64,000 bases of DNA, taken from positions 993,788-1,057,787 of the forward strand of contig OZ240220.1 of the NCBI GenBank assembly GCA_965197655.1. The letters are read 5' to 3'. Below, one piece after another: positions 47,666 through 56,154 of this stretch. The number at the start of each line of letters is the position of its first letter. Position 1 is the stretch's first letter. A program made the translations under genes and the position numbers. This DNA comes from Dehalococcoidia bacterium (GTDB taxonomy: Bacteria > Chloroflexota > Dehalococcoidia > Lucifugimonadales > UBA3495). Below the pieces are notes generated by a model. It searched no databases and was not told the DNA's origin. It saw only the letters and a program-made list of their open reading frames with translations.

Positions 47666-48388
47666 ATGCCGGTAATTACGATGAATGGGCCTATTGGAAG
47701 CGGCACCTTTGAGGTCGGCCAGATGGTCGCCCAACGGCTGGGTATCAACTACGTTGACCGAATGGTTTTTGCCGAAGCGGCCCGTCTGGTGGGGTCGCCG
47801 ATGGTTACTTTGATCGAAAAGGAGCAGCGGGTGATCCGGTTCCGGGAGCGGCTGGGCCGCTTCTTGCAGACTATGCTGGAACGGTCGGCGATTTCTGGGG
47901 TGGGCGGAGAACCCTACTTTGGGCATGGCACCGAAATGCTGCCGGCCGAGACCTACACCGAGCTGATCGGGGATTCTCCCTCAGCGACGCAGACGGTTAA
48001 CGACAAGGCTTTTATCGAAGCTACCAGCTCGGTAATCAAGGGCTTGGCCGATGGCGGCGACGTGGTAATTATCGGCCGGGGCGGAAATATGATACTAGCC
48101 GACTTTCCCGGCGCGCTCCACGTGGGGATGCTGGCGCCGCTGGAATCTCGCATCGAAAACATCATGACCCGGGAACATTACGCCAGAGCCGAAGCCAGCA
48201 AGTACGTGGCGGAACTGGAAGAGGCGCGGATCGCCTTTTTCCGAAAGTTCTTCAAGGTGCACCCGAATGACCCGGAACTCTTCCACCTGATCCTTAACGG
48301 CGCCAGAATCAGCCCGGAGACTGCCGTTGAAATGGTGGTTCACGCCGCCGCGGAACTGACCCACGCAACCGAGGATGTGGTGGCGTAA
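47666..48388 (+). CDS. Cytidylate-kinase-like family protein
   Basis: ITMNGPIGSGTFEVGQMVAQRLGINYVDR and IIGRGGN, the Cytidylate_kin2-type pattern with a degenerate P-loop. Confidence 0.6.
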   Translation: MPVITMNGPIGSGTFEVGQMVAQRLGINYVDRMVFAEAARLVGSPMVTLIEKEQRVIRFRERLGRFLQTMLERSAISGVGGEPYFGHGTEMLPAETYTELIGDSPSATQTVNDKAFIEATSSVIKGLADGGDVVIIGRGGNMILADFPGALHVGMLAPLESRIENIMTREHYARAEASKYVAELEEARIAFFRKFFKVHPNDPELFHLILNGARISPETAVEMVVHAAAELTHATEDVVA

Positions 48389-48577
48389 ATCCAGGATGTA
48401 ATGGGGGGAACGCTCCTGGTTCACCTATAGGTAATTAGTAGGCAGTCGGAGCGATTCCCCTTTTATAAATCCTGCCTTGCCGAGCCAACTGCCGGCGAAG
48501 GCTGGTTAGTTGCGAATCGGTGTATCGCCCGAGAATCGCCTGAATCCTCTGATTTCCTTTGGAAGGTTCTCTACTGA

Positions 48578-49381
48578 TTGATTCCATTTTCTGATGCGGA
48601 TGTCCCCCGGCGGGCTTATGCCCCGGTCAATAATGTCATTATTGGCCTGAACCTGCTGGTTTTCCTGTACGAGTTTACCCTGAGAGGATTGGGTCTGTTA
48701 TTTGGCGGGGACAGCTTCCGGCTGACCCTGTTCTTTCTCACTTGGGGTTTCATTCCGCGGGAATTAACCGAAGGAACCGCCTATCTCACTTTGCTTAACT
48801 TCGGCGATATTGATACGCCGTTGCCTACCTGGGCCACTATTTTCACCTCAATGTTCATCCACGGCGGTCTGCTGCACCTGGCTGGGAATCTGATGTTCCT
48901 CTGGGTCTTCGGGAGCAACATTGAGGGACGCTTGGGCCACATCAAGTATCTGCTGTTCTATTTGGTGACCGGCGCAGCGGCCACTCTGACCCACTGGCTC
49001 GTTGACCCGGCGTCGCCGATTCCCCTGGTGGGAGCCAGCGGGGCCATCGCCGGAGTTATGGGGGCATACCTGCTGCTGTATCCCCGGAACCGCATTAACA
49101 CCATCATAATCTTCTTTTTTATAACCGTGGTGCGGCTTTCGGCGACGCTGCTCCTGGGTTTCTGGTTCCTTTGGCAGCTTATCCAGGCGGTCTTGTCCAT
49201 TGGGGTTTCCGGCCAGGTAAGCGTCGCGTTTTGGGCCCACGTTGGAGGCTTTGTCGTCGGGGCCGGCATTATAGCCAGCTACAAACTGCTTACCGGCCAG
49301 CCCTTGCGCCCACCCAAGTCGCCCCCGTCGTCTCCTTCCAGTGTCGGGACAAAGTTCTGGCGAGGGAGACGTTTGGATTAG
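48578..49381 (+). CDS. Rhomboid-family intramembrane serine protease
   Basis: FIHGGLLHLAGNM, GASGAIAGVMG (catalytic Ser) and AHVGGF (catalytic His). TTG start. Confidence 0.85.
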   Translation: MIPFSDADVPRRAYAPVNNVIIGLNLLVFLYEFTLRGLGLLFGGDSFRLTLFFLTWGFIPRELTEGTAYLTLLNFGDIDTPLPTWATIFTSMFIHGGLLHLAGNLMFLWVFGSNIEGRLGHIKYLLFYLVTGAAATLTHWLVDPASPIPLVGASGAIAGVMGAYLLLYPRNRINTIIIFFFITVVRLSATLLLGFWFLWQLIQAVLSIGVSGQVSVAFWAHVGGFVVGAGIIASYKLLTGQPLRPPKSPPSSPSSVGTKFWRGRRLD

Positions 49382-49408
49382 CTGGCGTTTTCTTGGGCTG
49401 GCAACCTC

Positions 49409-50524
49409 TTACAACGCTTGCGAAAGGTCTTCAATAAGGTCAGCCACGTTTTCTAACCCAATAGATACCCGAAGCAAATTATCAGGAGTCTCGGTATTTG
49501 GTCCTTCCATTGAAGCGCGATGCTCGATCAGGCTCTGAGTGCCACCAAGACTCGTTGCCCGGATGAACAGCTTAACCCTGGCGGCTACCTGCATTGCCGC
49601 ATCCCTTCCTCCTCCAACCTGAAACGACAACATACCCCCAAAGCCCGACATTTGCCGCGCTGCAATGGCATGACCCTCATGCCCGGTCAGGCCAGGATAA
49701 TGAACCGCCTCTACGCGCGGATGATCGTTCAAGAAGCGGGCGATTTTGATTGCGCGCTCACTATGGGCCGGCATCCTGAGATGCAATGTTCTAATACCTC
49801 TGAGTACTAACCAACAGTCGAAGGGTGACGGGACTGCTCCGCAAGCATTCTGAATCGACTTGACTCGGCGGAAGAAGTCCGAGTCTTCTTTGCTGACGAT
49901 AACGCCGCCCAGGACATCTTCGTGGCCGCCCAAATACTTCGTAGTTGAATGCATCACCAAGTCAGCACCCAACCCCAAAGGCTGTTGCAGAATTGGACTC
50001 GCCCAGGTGTTATCACAAACGCAAAGAGCTCCGGCATTATGAGCAATCCGGGCGATTTCGGTCAGGTCCGTTATCTTCAGGAGCGGGTTGGAGGGCGTCT
50101 CGGTCCAAATAATTCGGGTGTTGGGCAGCACCGCCTGACTAACCTGTTCCAGGTCAGTCATATCTACCCAGGTAGCTGCCAGTCCCCAATGCGAAAATAT
50201 ATCCTGCAGAAGGCGGGAAGTGCCGTGATAGCAGTCGCTGGGTAAAATGACATGGTCGCCCGTTGACAATGCCTGAAACAGAGTGGCCGTAGCCGCCATA
50301 CCGGAGGAGAATCCAGCGGCGGCAACGCCTCCTTCAAGAAGGGTCATACATTCTTCCAAAGCCTGGCGATTTGGATTGCCGCCACGGGAATAGACAAACC
50401 CCCGCGAATACTGGCCGTCCAAATCCCTTTCGAAAGTTGTAGATAAATATATCGGCGGAGCCACAGCTCCCGTGGCCGGGTCAACCTTATGGGCAGCTTG
50501 AGCGGCAATCGTCTCAATTCTCAC
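49409..50524 (-). CDS. PLP-dependent Cys/Met-metabolism enzyme (cystathionine gamma-synthase/beta-lyase family)
   Basis: ...VMHSTTKYLGGH (PLP Lys) plus overall family colinearity. Confidence 0.85.
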   Translation of the reverse strand: MRIETIAAQAAHKVDPATGAVAPPIYLSTTFERDLDGQYSRGFVYSRGGNPNRQALEECMTLLEGGVAAAGFSSGMAATATLFQALSTGDHVILPSDCYHGTSRLLQDIFSHWGLAATWVDMTDLEQVSQAVLPNTRIIWTETPSNPLLKITDLTEIARIAHNAGALCVCDNTWASPILQQPLGLGADLVMHSTTKYLGGHEDVLGGVIVSKEDSDFFRRVKSIQNACGAVPSPFDCWLVLRGIRTLHLRMPAHSERAIKIARFLNDHPRVEAVHYPGLTGHEGHAIAARQMSGFGGMLSFQVGGGRDAAMQVAARVKLFIRATSLGGTQSLIEHRASMEGPNTETPDNLLRVSIGLENVADLIEDLSQAL

Positions 50525-50690
50525 CGGGTCCTCCTCGAGTTTAGCTTCAACGTAATTCTTCTCCCGTCGTAGATTTTCCCAATGAGAACTCTCTACGATC
50601 TACCGGAAATCCTATTCTTACTCTCTAAATGTGTTATCATATCATCCACAACGGTAGTTCACTATTTTCCAATCTCAGGTGGAGGAACAT

Positions 50691-53018
50691 ATGCTCGATT
50701 ACAAGCCAAATATTGTTCTGTCTAACCAGGAATTTAACGTGGTAGGCACCCGGCCGGTGCGGCCTGACGGCGCCGACAAGGTCACCGGCAAGGCTAACTA
50801 CGCTGCCGACCTCAACCTGCCCGGTTTGCTGTACGGCAAGGTCCTGCGCAGCCCCCACGCCCACGCCCGTATCAAGTCCCTGGACACCAGCCGGGCCGAA
50901 GCCCTCCCCGGCGTGCGGGCGGTTATCACTTCCGCCGATATACAGAAACCCTCCGGTCGCGCCTCCGAACTGGCCGAGGGCGCGATGGTCAACTATAAGT
51001 TCCTGAGCAACAACGTCATCGCCGACGGCAAGGCTCTTTACAAGGGACACGCCATCGCCGCTGTAGCAGCGGCCAGCGCCCACGCCGCTGAGGAAGCCCT
51101 CAAGCTGATTGACGTGGAGTATGAGGTGCTGCCTCCGGTTATGGACGGCAAAGAGGCAATGAAGGAAGACGCTCCGCTGGTTCACGAACGGCTGGCCGGT
51201 ATGACTACCGCCGCCATCCGGGCCGGCGGCATTCTGGACGACGACGACCCCACCAAAGGCACTAACATAGCCAACCACTTCGAGTTCAAGCTGGGCGACG
51301 TTGAAGCAGGATTCCAGGAAGCGGATATCATCGTAGAAAAGGAAACCTCCACCGTGGCGGTCCACCAGGGTTACATTGAACCCCACTGCGGCACCGCCCA
51401 ATGGCACGAGGACGGCAGCCTGACCATCTGGTCCAGTAGCCAGGGCCAGTTCATGGTGCGGGACTACACCGCCCGCCTGGTGGGGGTTCCCGTCTCCAAG
51501 GTCAAGGCAATCCAAATGGAAATTGGCGGCGGCTTCGGGGCCAAGCTCACCGTTTACATGGAGCCGTTGGCGGCCCTGCTGGCCCGCAAAGCCGGCGCTC
51601 CGGTAAAGATGGCAATGAACCGCGCCGAAATTTTCGAGGCCAGCGGCCCCACCTCCGGCACCTACGTTAGCGTCAAGATTGGCGCCACCAAGGAAGGCCG
51701 CATTACCGCAGCTTCCTCCACCCTTATATTTGAGGCGGGAGCCTTCCCCGGTTCTCCGGTGCCCGGCGGCGCCCAGTGTATGATGTCGGCCTACGACATA
51801 CCCAACGCCTACATTGAGGGCTACGATGTGGTGGTCAACCGGCCCAAGACCTCTGCCTACCGCGCCCCCGGTTCTCCCGCCGCCGCTTTTGCGATGGAGA
51901 CCGCCATTGACGAGATTTGCGAGAAAATCGGGATGGACCCGCTGGATTTCCGGCTGCTGAACAGCTCCAAAGAGGGCGTTCGCCGCGCCACCGGCCCGCT
52001 GATGCCCAAGGTTGGCTTCATTGAAACCCTGGAGGCGGCCAAGGCTCACCCCCACTATTCGGCTCCCCTGGAAGGGCCGTACCGGGGGCGGGGCGTTGCC
52101 AGTGGATTCTGGGGCAACAACTCCGGTCCCTCCAGCGCCGTTGCTCTGGTGCACCCGGACGGCACCGTCAGCCTTATCGAGGGTTCGCCGGACATTGGCG
52201 GCACCCGCGCCTCCGTCTCTCAGCAGTTCGCCGAGGTATTGGGCATCGCGATGGAAGACGTTAAGCCCCAAATTGCCGACACCGACTCCATCGGCTTCAC
52301 CTCCAACACCGGTGGCAGCGGAGTAACCTTCAAGACCGGTATGGCCGCTTATACCGCCGCCCAGGACATCAAACGGCAGATGATTGAGCGGGCAGCCAAG
52401 ATATGGGACGTTTCGATTGAGGACGTGGAGTACGAGAACGGTGTCTTGCAGCACAAGTCCGACCCGGAACTGCGCCTGACCTTCCGGCAGTTGGCGGCCC
52501 GCCAGACGCCCACCGGCGGCCCCATCGTGGGCAGCGCCGGCGTCAACCCGCCCGGCGCCGGCCCAGCCCTGGCTTGCCACATGGTGGACGTGGAGGTTGA
52601 CCCGGACACCGGGAAGGTGACCATTCTCCGCTACACTGCCTTGCAGGATGCCGGCAAGGCCATCCATCCCAGCTACGTGGAGGGCCAGATTCAGGGCGGC
52701 GTGGCCCAGGGCATCGGCTGGGCGCTGAACGAAGAGTATTTCATTAACGACCAGGGCCACATGGTCAATTCCAGCTACCTGGACTATCGGATGCCTACCA
52801 GCCTGGATCTGCCGATGATTGATACGGTAGTGGTGGAAATCGCCAATCCCAGTCATCCTTATGGGGTGCGGGGCGTTGGCGAGGTTTGCATCGTGCCTCC
52901 TATGGCCGCCATCTCAAATGCCGTCTATAACGCCATCGGGGTGCGGATGAACAGCCTGCCCATTAACCCGGGTAGGGTCCTGGAGGCCCTGTGGGGCAAG
53001 GAAGACGGCTCCAAGTAA
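50691..53018 (+). CDS. Xanthine dehydrogenase/aldehyde oxidase-family molybdopterin-binding subunit
   Basis: N-terminal a/b-hammerhead (GKANYAADL..LYGKVLRSPHAHA), the GGGFG motif and C-terminal YRAPG / GVGE regions. ATG 50691 follows GGTGGAGG. Confidence 0.9.
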   Translation: MLDYKPNIVLSNQEFNVVGTRPVRPDGADKVTGKANYAADLNLPGLLYGKVLRSPHAHARIKSLDTSRAEALPGVRAVITSADIQKPSGRASELAEGAMVNYKFLSNNVIADGKALYKGHAIAAVAAASAHAAEEALKLIDVEYEVLPPVMDGKEAMKEDAPLVHERLAGMTTAAIRAGGILDDDDPTKGTNIANHFEFKLGDVEAGFQEADIIVEKETSTVAVHQGYIEPHCGTAQWHEDGSLTIWSSSQGQFMVRDYTARLVGVPVSKVKAIQMEIGGGFGAKLTVYMEPLAALLARKAGAPVKMAMNRAEIFEASGPTSGTYVSVKIGATKEGRITAASSTLIFEAGAFPGSPVPGGAQCMMSAYDIPNAYIEGYDVVVNRPKTSAYRAPGSPAAAFAMETAIDEICEKIGMDPLDFRLLNSSKEGVRRATGPLMPKVGFIETLEAAKAHPHYSAPLEGPYRGRGVASGFWGNNSGPSSAVALVHPDGTVSLIEGSPDIGGTRASVSQQFAEVLGIAMEDVKPQIADTDSIGFTSNTGGSGVTFKTGMAAYTAAQDIKRQMIERAAKIWDVSIEDVEYENGVLQHKSDPELRLTFRQLAARQTPTGGPIVGSAGVNPPGAGPALACHMVDVEVDPDTGKVTILRYTALQDAGKAIHPSYVEGQIQGGVAQGIGWALNEEYFINDQGHMVNSSYLDYRMPTSLDLPMIDTVVVEIANPSHPYGVRGVGEVCIVPPMAAISNAVYNAIGVRMNSLPINPGRVLEALWGKEDGSK

Positions 53019-53043
53019 CTGCGGGTCAGTGAGTAAACATAAT

Positions 53044-53313
53044 ATGCCTGAAGTGTGGATACCAACCACGATGCAAAGCCTGACCGGCGGCCAGCACCGG
53101 GTACAGGTCGAGGGCCGGACGGTGCGCCAGGTGATCAACAACCTGGACCAGCAGTTTCCGGGGGTGAAGGCCATCCTCTACGACGAGGAAGAGGACGACC
53201 TGCAAACCGGAATTGCGGTAATCGTGGACGGCGAGGCCAGCCAGATTGGCCTGCTGGAACGGGTCCAGGAGGGCAGCGAAGTCCACTTCCTGCCGGCTAT
53301 TGGCGGGGGTTGA
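53044..53313 (+). CDS. MoaD/ThiS-family ubiquitin-like sulfur-carrier protein
   Basis: About 90-aa beta-grasp-like sequence ending ...FLPAIGGG (C-terminal Gly-Gly). Confidence 0.65.
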   Translation: MPEVWIPTTMQSLTGGQHRVQVEGRTVRQVINNLDQQFPGVKAILYDEEEDDLQTGIAVIVDGEASQIGLLERVQEGSEVHFLPAIGGG

Positions 53314-53343
53314 GCTTGGGCTGAACAGGTTACGGACAAAAGA

Positions 53344-53377
53344 GGGCCAGGCATAACGCCCGGCCCTTTTTCTCTTT
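53344..53377 (+). terminator. Intrinsic terminator
   Basis: gggccagg-cataacg-cccggccc followed by tttttctcttt. Confidence 0.65.
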
Positions 53378-53379
53378 AG

Positions 53380-53388
53380 TGTTACAAT
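53380..53388 (+). promoter_or_regulatory. Extended -10 element TGtTACAAT
   Basis: Immediately after the terminator and about 30 nt upstream of the proposed nuclease start. Confidence 0.35.
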
Positions 53389-53420
53389 ACGTTTCACATA
53401 ATCTCTTGAAAGAGGGCGAG

Positions 53421-54371
53421 TTGACGACTAAGCCACGAAAAGAACCCTATTTTGCTGAAGCGGAAGAATGTCAGAAATGTCCGTACAGCTCGCCTTGTGT
53501 TACCAAACTTGACGACCAAGCTCCCAGGATAACCAGGCCTACCGTGTTTGACTGCGTATTTAGAGGCCTGACACTGGAAGGGAGTATTCCAAAGATTATA
53601 AATGACTTGGAGAACCAAGTGAGGAGAGCGGCCGATGCGAGATATGGTGCAGGAACCGGCCAGTCATTAAGCGGAGGCATTAACAATACAAGAGGAGAGT
53701 GGTTTGAGAACATTCTAAAGCTAATTTTCTGGAATGTGGCTATCGAGTTTGACAAAGCCAAGACTTTAATCTTGAAACTTCCCAATGCCTCACAACTCAG
53801 TTTCCATAATTTATATGAACAAAGGGCAAACGGCTACTTGACGGAATTATTTGCTTCTCTGAGGGATCGTGGAATAGAAATGACAATGTCCAATCCTGAT
53901 TTCGTATGCATTACCAATTTGACAGATGATATTGACATCCCATCAGATTCTGTATCTGTCAGTGAGGAATTGTTAAAGCAGTTGGACGTGGCTTATCAAA
54001 AGTTGCTCGGACGCTGTTCAGCTGACTCGATTCCTTTTGTGCTGACAGTCAAAACCTCCCTACGTTCGGATAGGAGATATCAGATTGTCCATGAAGCCAA
54101 CGTCGTGAAGTCCTTGGTAGCTCATTTGGCCGGCCGCTTCTGGCAACAGAACCTCTACACCGCTTTCTACGCGATGATAGCTTCTAACGTATCCGCCGGA
54201 GACCGTAACGCCCTCCGCAACCCGGCAACTCATACCCTGGTACAAGTTAACTGGACTCCGGTGCCGCTGGTGGATGAGGTTTATCAGATAGATTCTGTTG
54301 AGGATGTGCAAGAGATTATTAGGGGGCTGTTGGAGAAACACTTAGGCACGGATAACCCAACTACTTCCTGA
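53421..54371 (+). CDS. Type II restriction endonuclease, NgoMIV/Cfr10I/Bse634I family (predicted CCGG-core specificity)
   Basis: SNPDFVCI ... TVKTSLRSDRRYQIVHE matches the family pattern PD...(S/T)xK-x3-R-S-D-R-x6-E (NgoMIV: PD140...SCK187WTIR191SD193R194AQNARSE201). Low-GC gene. I placed the start at TTG 53421 (track start 53379). Confidence 0.7.
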   Translation: MTTKPRKEPYFAEAEECQKCPYSSPCVTKLDDQAPRITRPTVFDCVFRGLTLEGSIPKIINDLENQVRRAADARYGAGTGQSLSGGINNTRGEWFENILKLIFWNVAIEFDKAKTLILKLPNASQLSFHNLYEQRANGYLTELFASLRDRGIEMTMSNPDFVCITNLTDDIDIPSDSVSVSEELLKQLDVAYQKLLGRCSADSIPFVLTVKTSLRSDRRYQIVHEANVVKSLVAHLAGRFWQQNLYTAFYAMIASNVSAGDRNALRNPATHTLVQVNWTPVPLVDEVYQIDSVEDVQEIIRGLLEKHLGTDNPTTS

Positions 54372-55611
54372 ACACCAGGATAGCTTCCTGGTCGATAGCA
54401 GCGCCCGCTTCCCGCATCTTAGGCAGGCGTTTGGTGGGGAGCTTCCTGAAGTGGCAATCCTCCAGTTGAACTCCTATGGAATCCATCAGTTCAACCGTGA
54501 TTTGCCCATTGTCCAGCACCTGTTTGTTCAGAACCCGGTTGCCGATGACGATGATGATTCGGTTTCGAGTTACCCGGGCCATTTCGCGGAGGGTATCGTA
54601 GTAATCCGCGTAGAAGGCCACAGCTTCCCGTACGGAAGCAGGGTTGTCGGATAAGAGGTCTATCGCGTGGTGCAGAGACCGGGACGGTGAGATGATGCGC
54701 TGTCCTTTGCCCCAGCCCAAGGTGCTGTCCTTGGACATCTGCATCTGCTTCCGACTGTAACCCAGCCAGTAAAGCATATTCTTGGAAAACTGGGTGTAGT
54801 TGACCCCATTACGTTCATCCCCGTAAGGCGGCGAACACAGTATCGTGTCAGCCGCATCGTCGGGCAAGCTGAGCTGCCGGGTATCCCCCTTTTCTATCAT
54901 TGCCCTCGAACCCGGGGGAAGGGCTGGAATACGCTCTTCAGCCAAAGCAATATACTTGTTGAATACGCCGAATATGTCGGGATTGAAGATTTCTTGCTGT
55001 TCTGGGGTCATTCGCCGCAGGCGGACTTCATTTCGGTGGGTTAGGCTGACACTCCGGACCGTGGCTGAAAACAGTGCCTGAAACAGGTTTCGCAACCCTG
55101 AGTTCTGGATTTCGTCAACCGCAACTCGCAAAGCCGTCAAAGGTGCAAGCATATAGTCTTTGAACCAAAACTCTACGAAATCAGATTTGGGAAAACGTAT
55201 CGGTGGGCCTTCGTACTCCATCGCTCGGGCCAGAACATTGGCTCCGGTGATACGGATTTCCTCGGCTTCAATATGAGTAGTCTTTGCCCTAGAAACCAGC
55301 ACCGCCAGTGCGTTAATGTCCCGCCCAATTGCTTGGCGGCCTGACCGAATGGTTTCGACAAGAACGGCGCCACCGCCGCAAAACGGGTCCAGCACTGTTC
55401 CGCGGGTCGGGGCGTAGGTGTCAATTAACTGGCGGGCTAGGGCAGGAATCATGGCAGCAACGTAGGTATGGATACCGTGGGTCGCATACTGCGTATCTTG
55501 GCTGGCAAAGTCCCAACAGCCATCAGGAACTCCGTTAATGACCGATGGTATCCCTTCCATTGCTGGCAATAGCCCATTAGAGGGGGCAACGGTGTATTGG
55601 CTGGTGGACAT
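54361..55611 (-). CDS. DNA amino-methyltransferase (N4-C or N6-A), cognate methylase
   Basis: Motif I VLDPFCGGGAVLVE about 175 aa before motif IV LCSPPYGD. Convergent with the nuclease gene, with 3' ends overlapping by 11 nt. Confidence 0.8.
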   Translation of the reverse strand: MSTSQYTVAPSNGLLPAMEGIPSVINGVPDGCWDFASQDTQYATHGIHTYVAAMIPALARQLIDTYAPTRGTVLDPFCGGGAVLVETIRSGRQAIGRDINALAVLVSRAKTTHIEAEEIRITGANVLARAMEYEGPPIRFPKSDFVEFWFKDYMLAPLTALRVAVDEIQNSGLRNLFQALFSATVRSVSLTHRNEVRLRRMTPEQQEIFNPDIFGVFNKYIALAEERIPALPPGSRAMIEKGDTRQLSLPDDAADTILCSPPYGDERNGVNYTQFSKNMLYWLGYSRKQMQMSKDSTLGWGKGQRIISPSRSLHHAIDLLSDNPASVREAVAFYADYYDTLREMARVTRNRIIIVIGNRVLNKQVLDNGQITVELMDSIGVQLEDCHFRKLPTKRLPKMREAGAAIDQEAILVFRK

Positions 55612-55777
55612 CTAACCTCTCCGACGTGTGGGATGGCTTATCCTAGCAAACCGGGTAGTTTTAGACAAGCAACGATTGTCAGTAATTGGAATCAGATAGT
55701 CCCATCGTCACCTCCTGAACTCCATCCAACTTGCGACGTGATACAATAGCCTTACACCCAGACCCACGTAGGGAATT

Positions 55778-56086
55778 ATGCGTTATTTGCTGGTGGACGG
55801 CGACTGGCCGCCGCTGTTTGTTCACGCCCGGTGCGAGGACGAGTTGCTGGCCAAGGCTGAACTGCTGCTCTTTGCCGAGGATGCGGCCCAAAGCTATCCC
55901 GGCCGGGCGGTGGTTGGCTCCTACGACGTGGAGCCGAGCCTGACCATTGGCAACCTGAAGCGGGCCTACCGGCAGGATGAAGCGGGGTACAACCGACTCC
56001 TGGCCTACCGGCAGCGCATCCTCAGCGGGGGATGGCCTTACCCGGTGTGGACGGCGCAAGAGGACAAATCCGGGGCCGCCGGCTAA
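55778..56086 (+). CDS. Hypothetical protein
   Basis: 102-aa ORF preceded by TGaTACAAT (55739-55747). No family recognised. Confidence 0.45.
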   Translation: MRYLLVDGDWPPLFVHARCEDELLAKAELLLFAEDAAQSYPGRAVVGSYDVEPSLTIGNLKRAYRQDEAGYNRLLAYRQRILSGGWPYPVWTAQEDKSGAAG

Positions 56087-56154
56087 CGGCGTCGGTCCAA
56101 CTTGGGCCGGGCAAAGGGTTGACTTTATTTATCGGCATTCAGCAGTAGAGGGGA

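Noticed and set aside
50525-50690. SAM riboswitch upstream of the cystathionine gamma-synthase-like gene
   Set aside because: The minus-strand leader lacks the SAM-I/II conserved cores. It looks like an AT-rich divergent promoter region.
50637-52856. 739-aa minus-strand ORF
   Set aside because: It is the antisense shadow of the XDH-family gene. Composition is Gly/Ala/Val/His-rich with no motifs, while the plus strand has clear family signatures.
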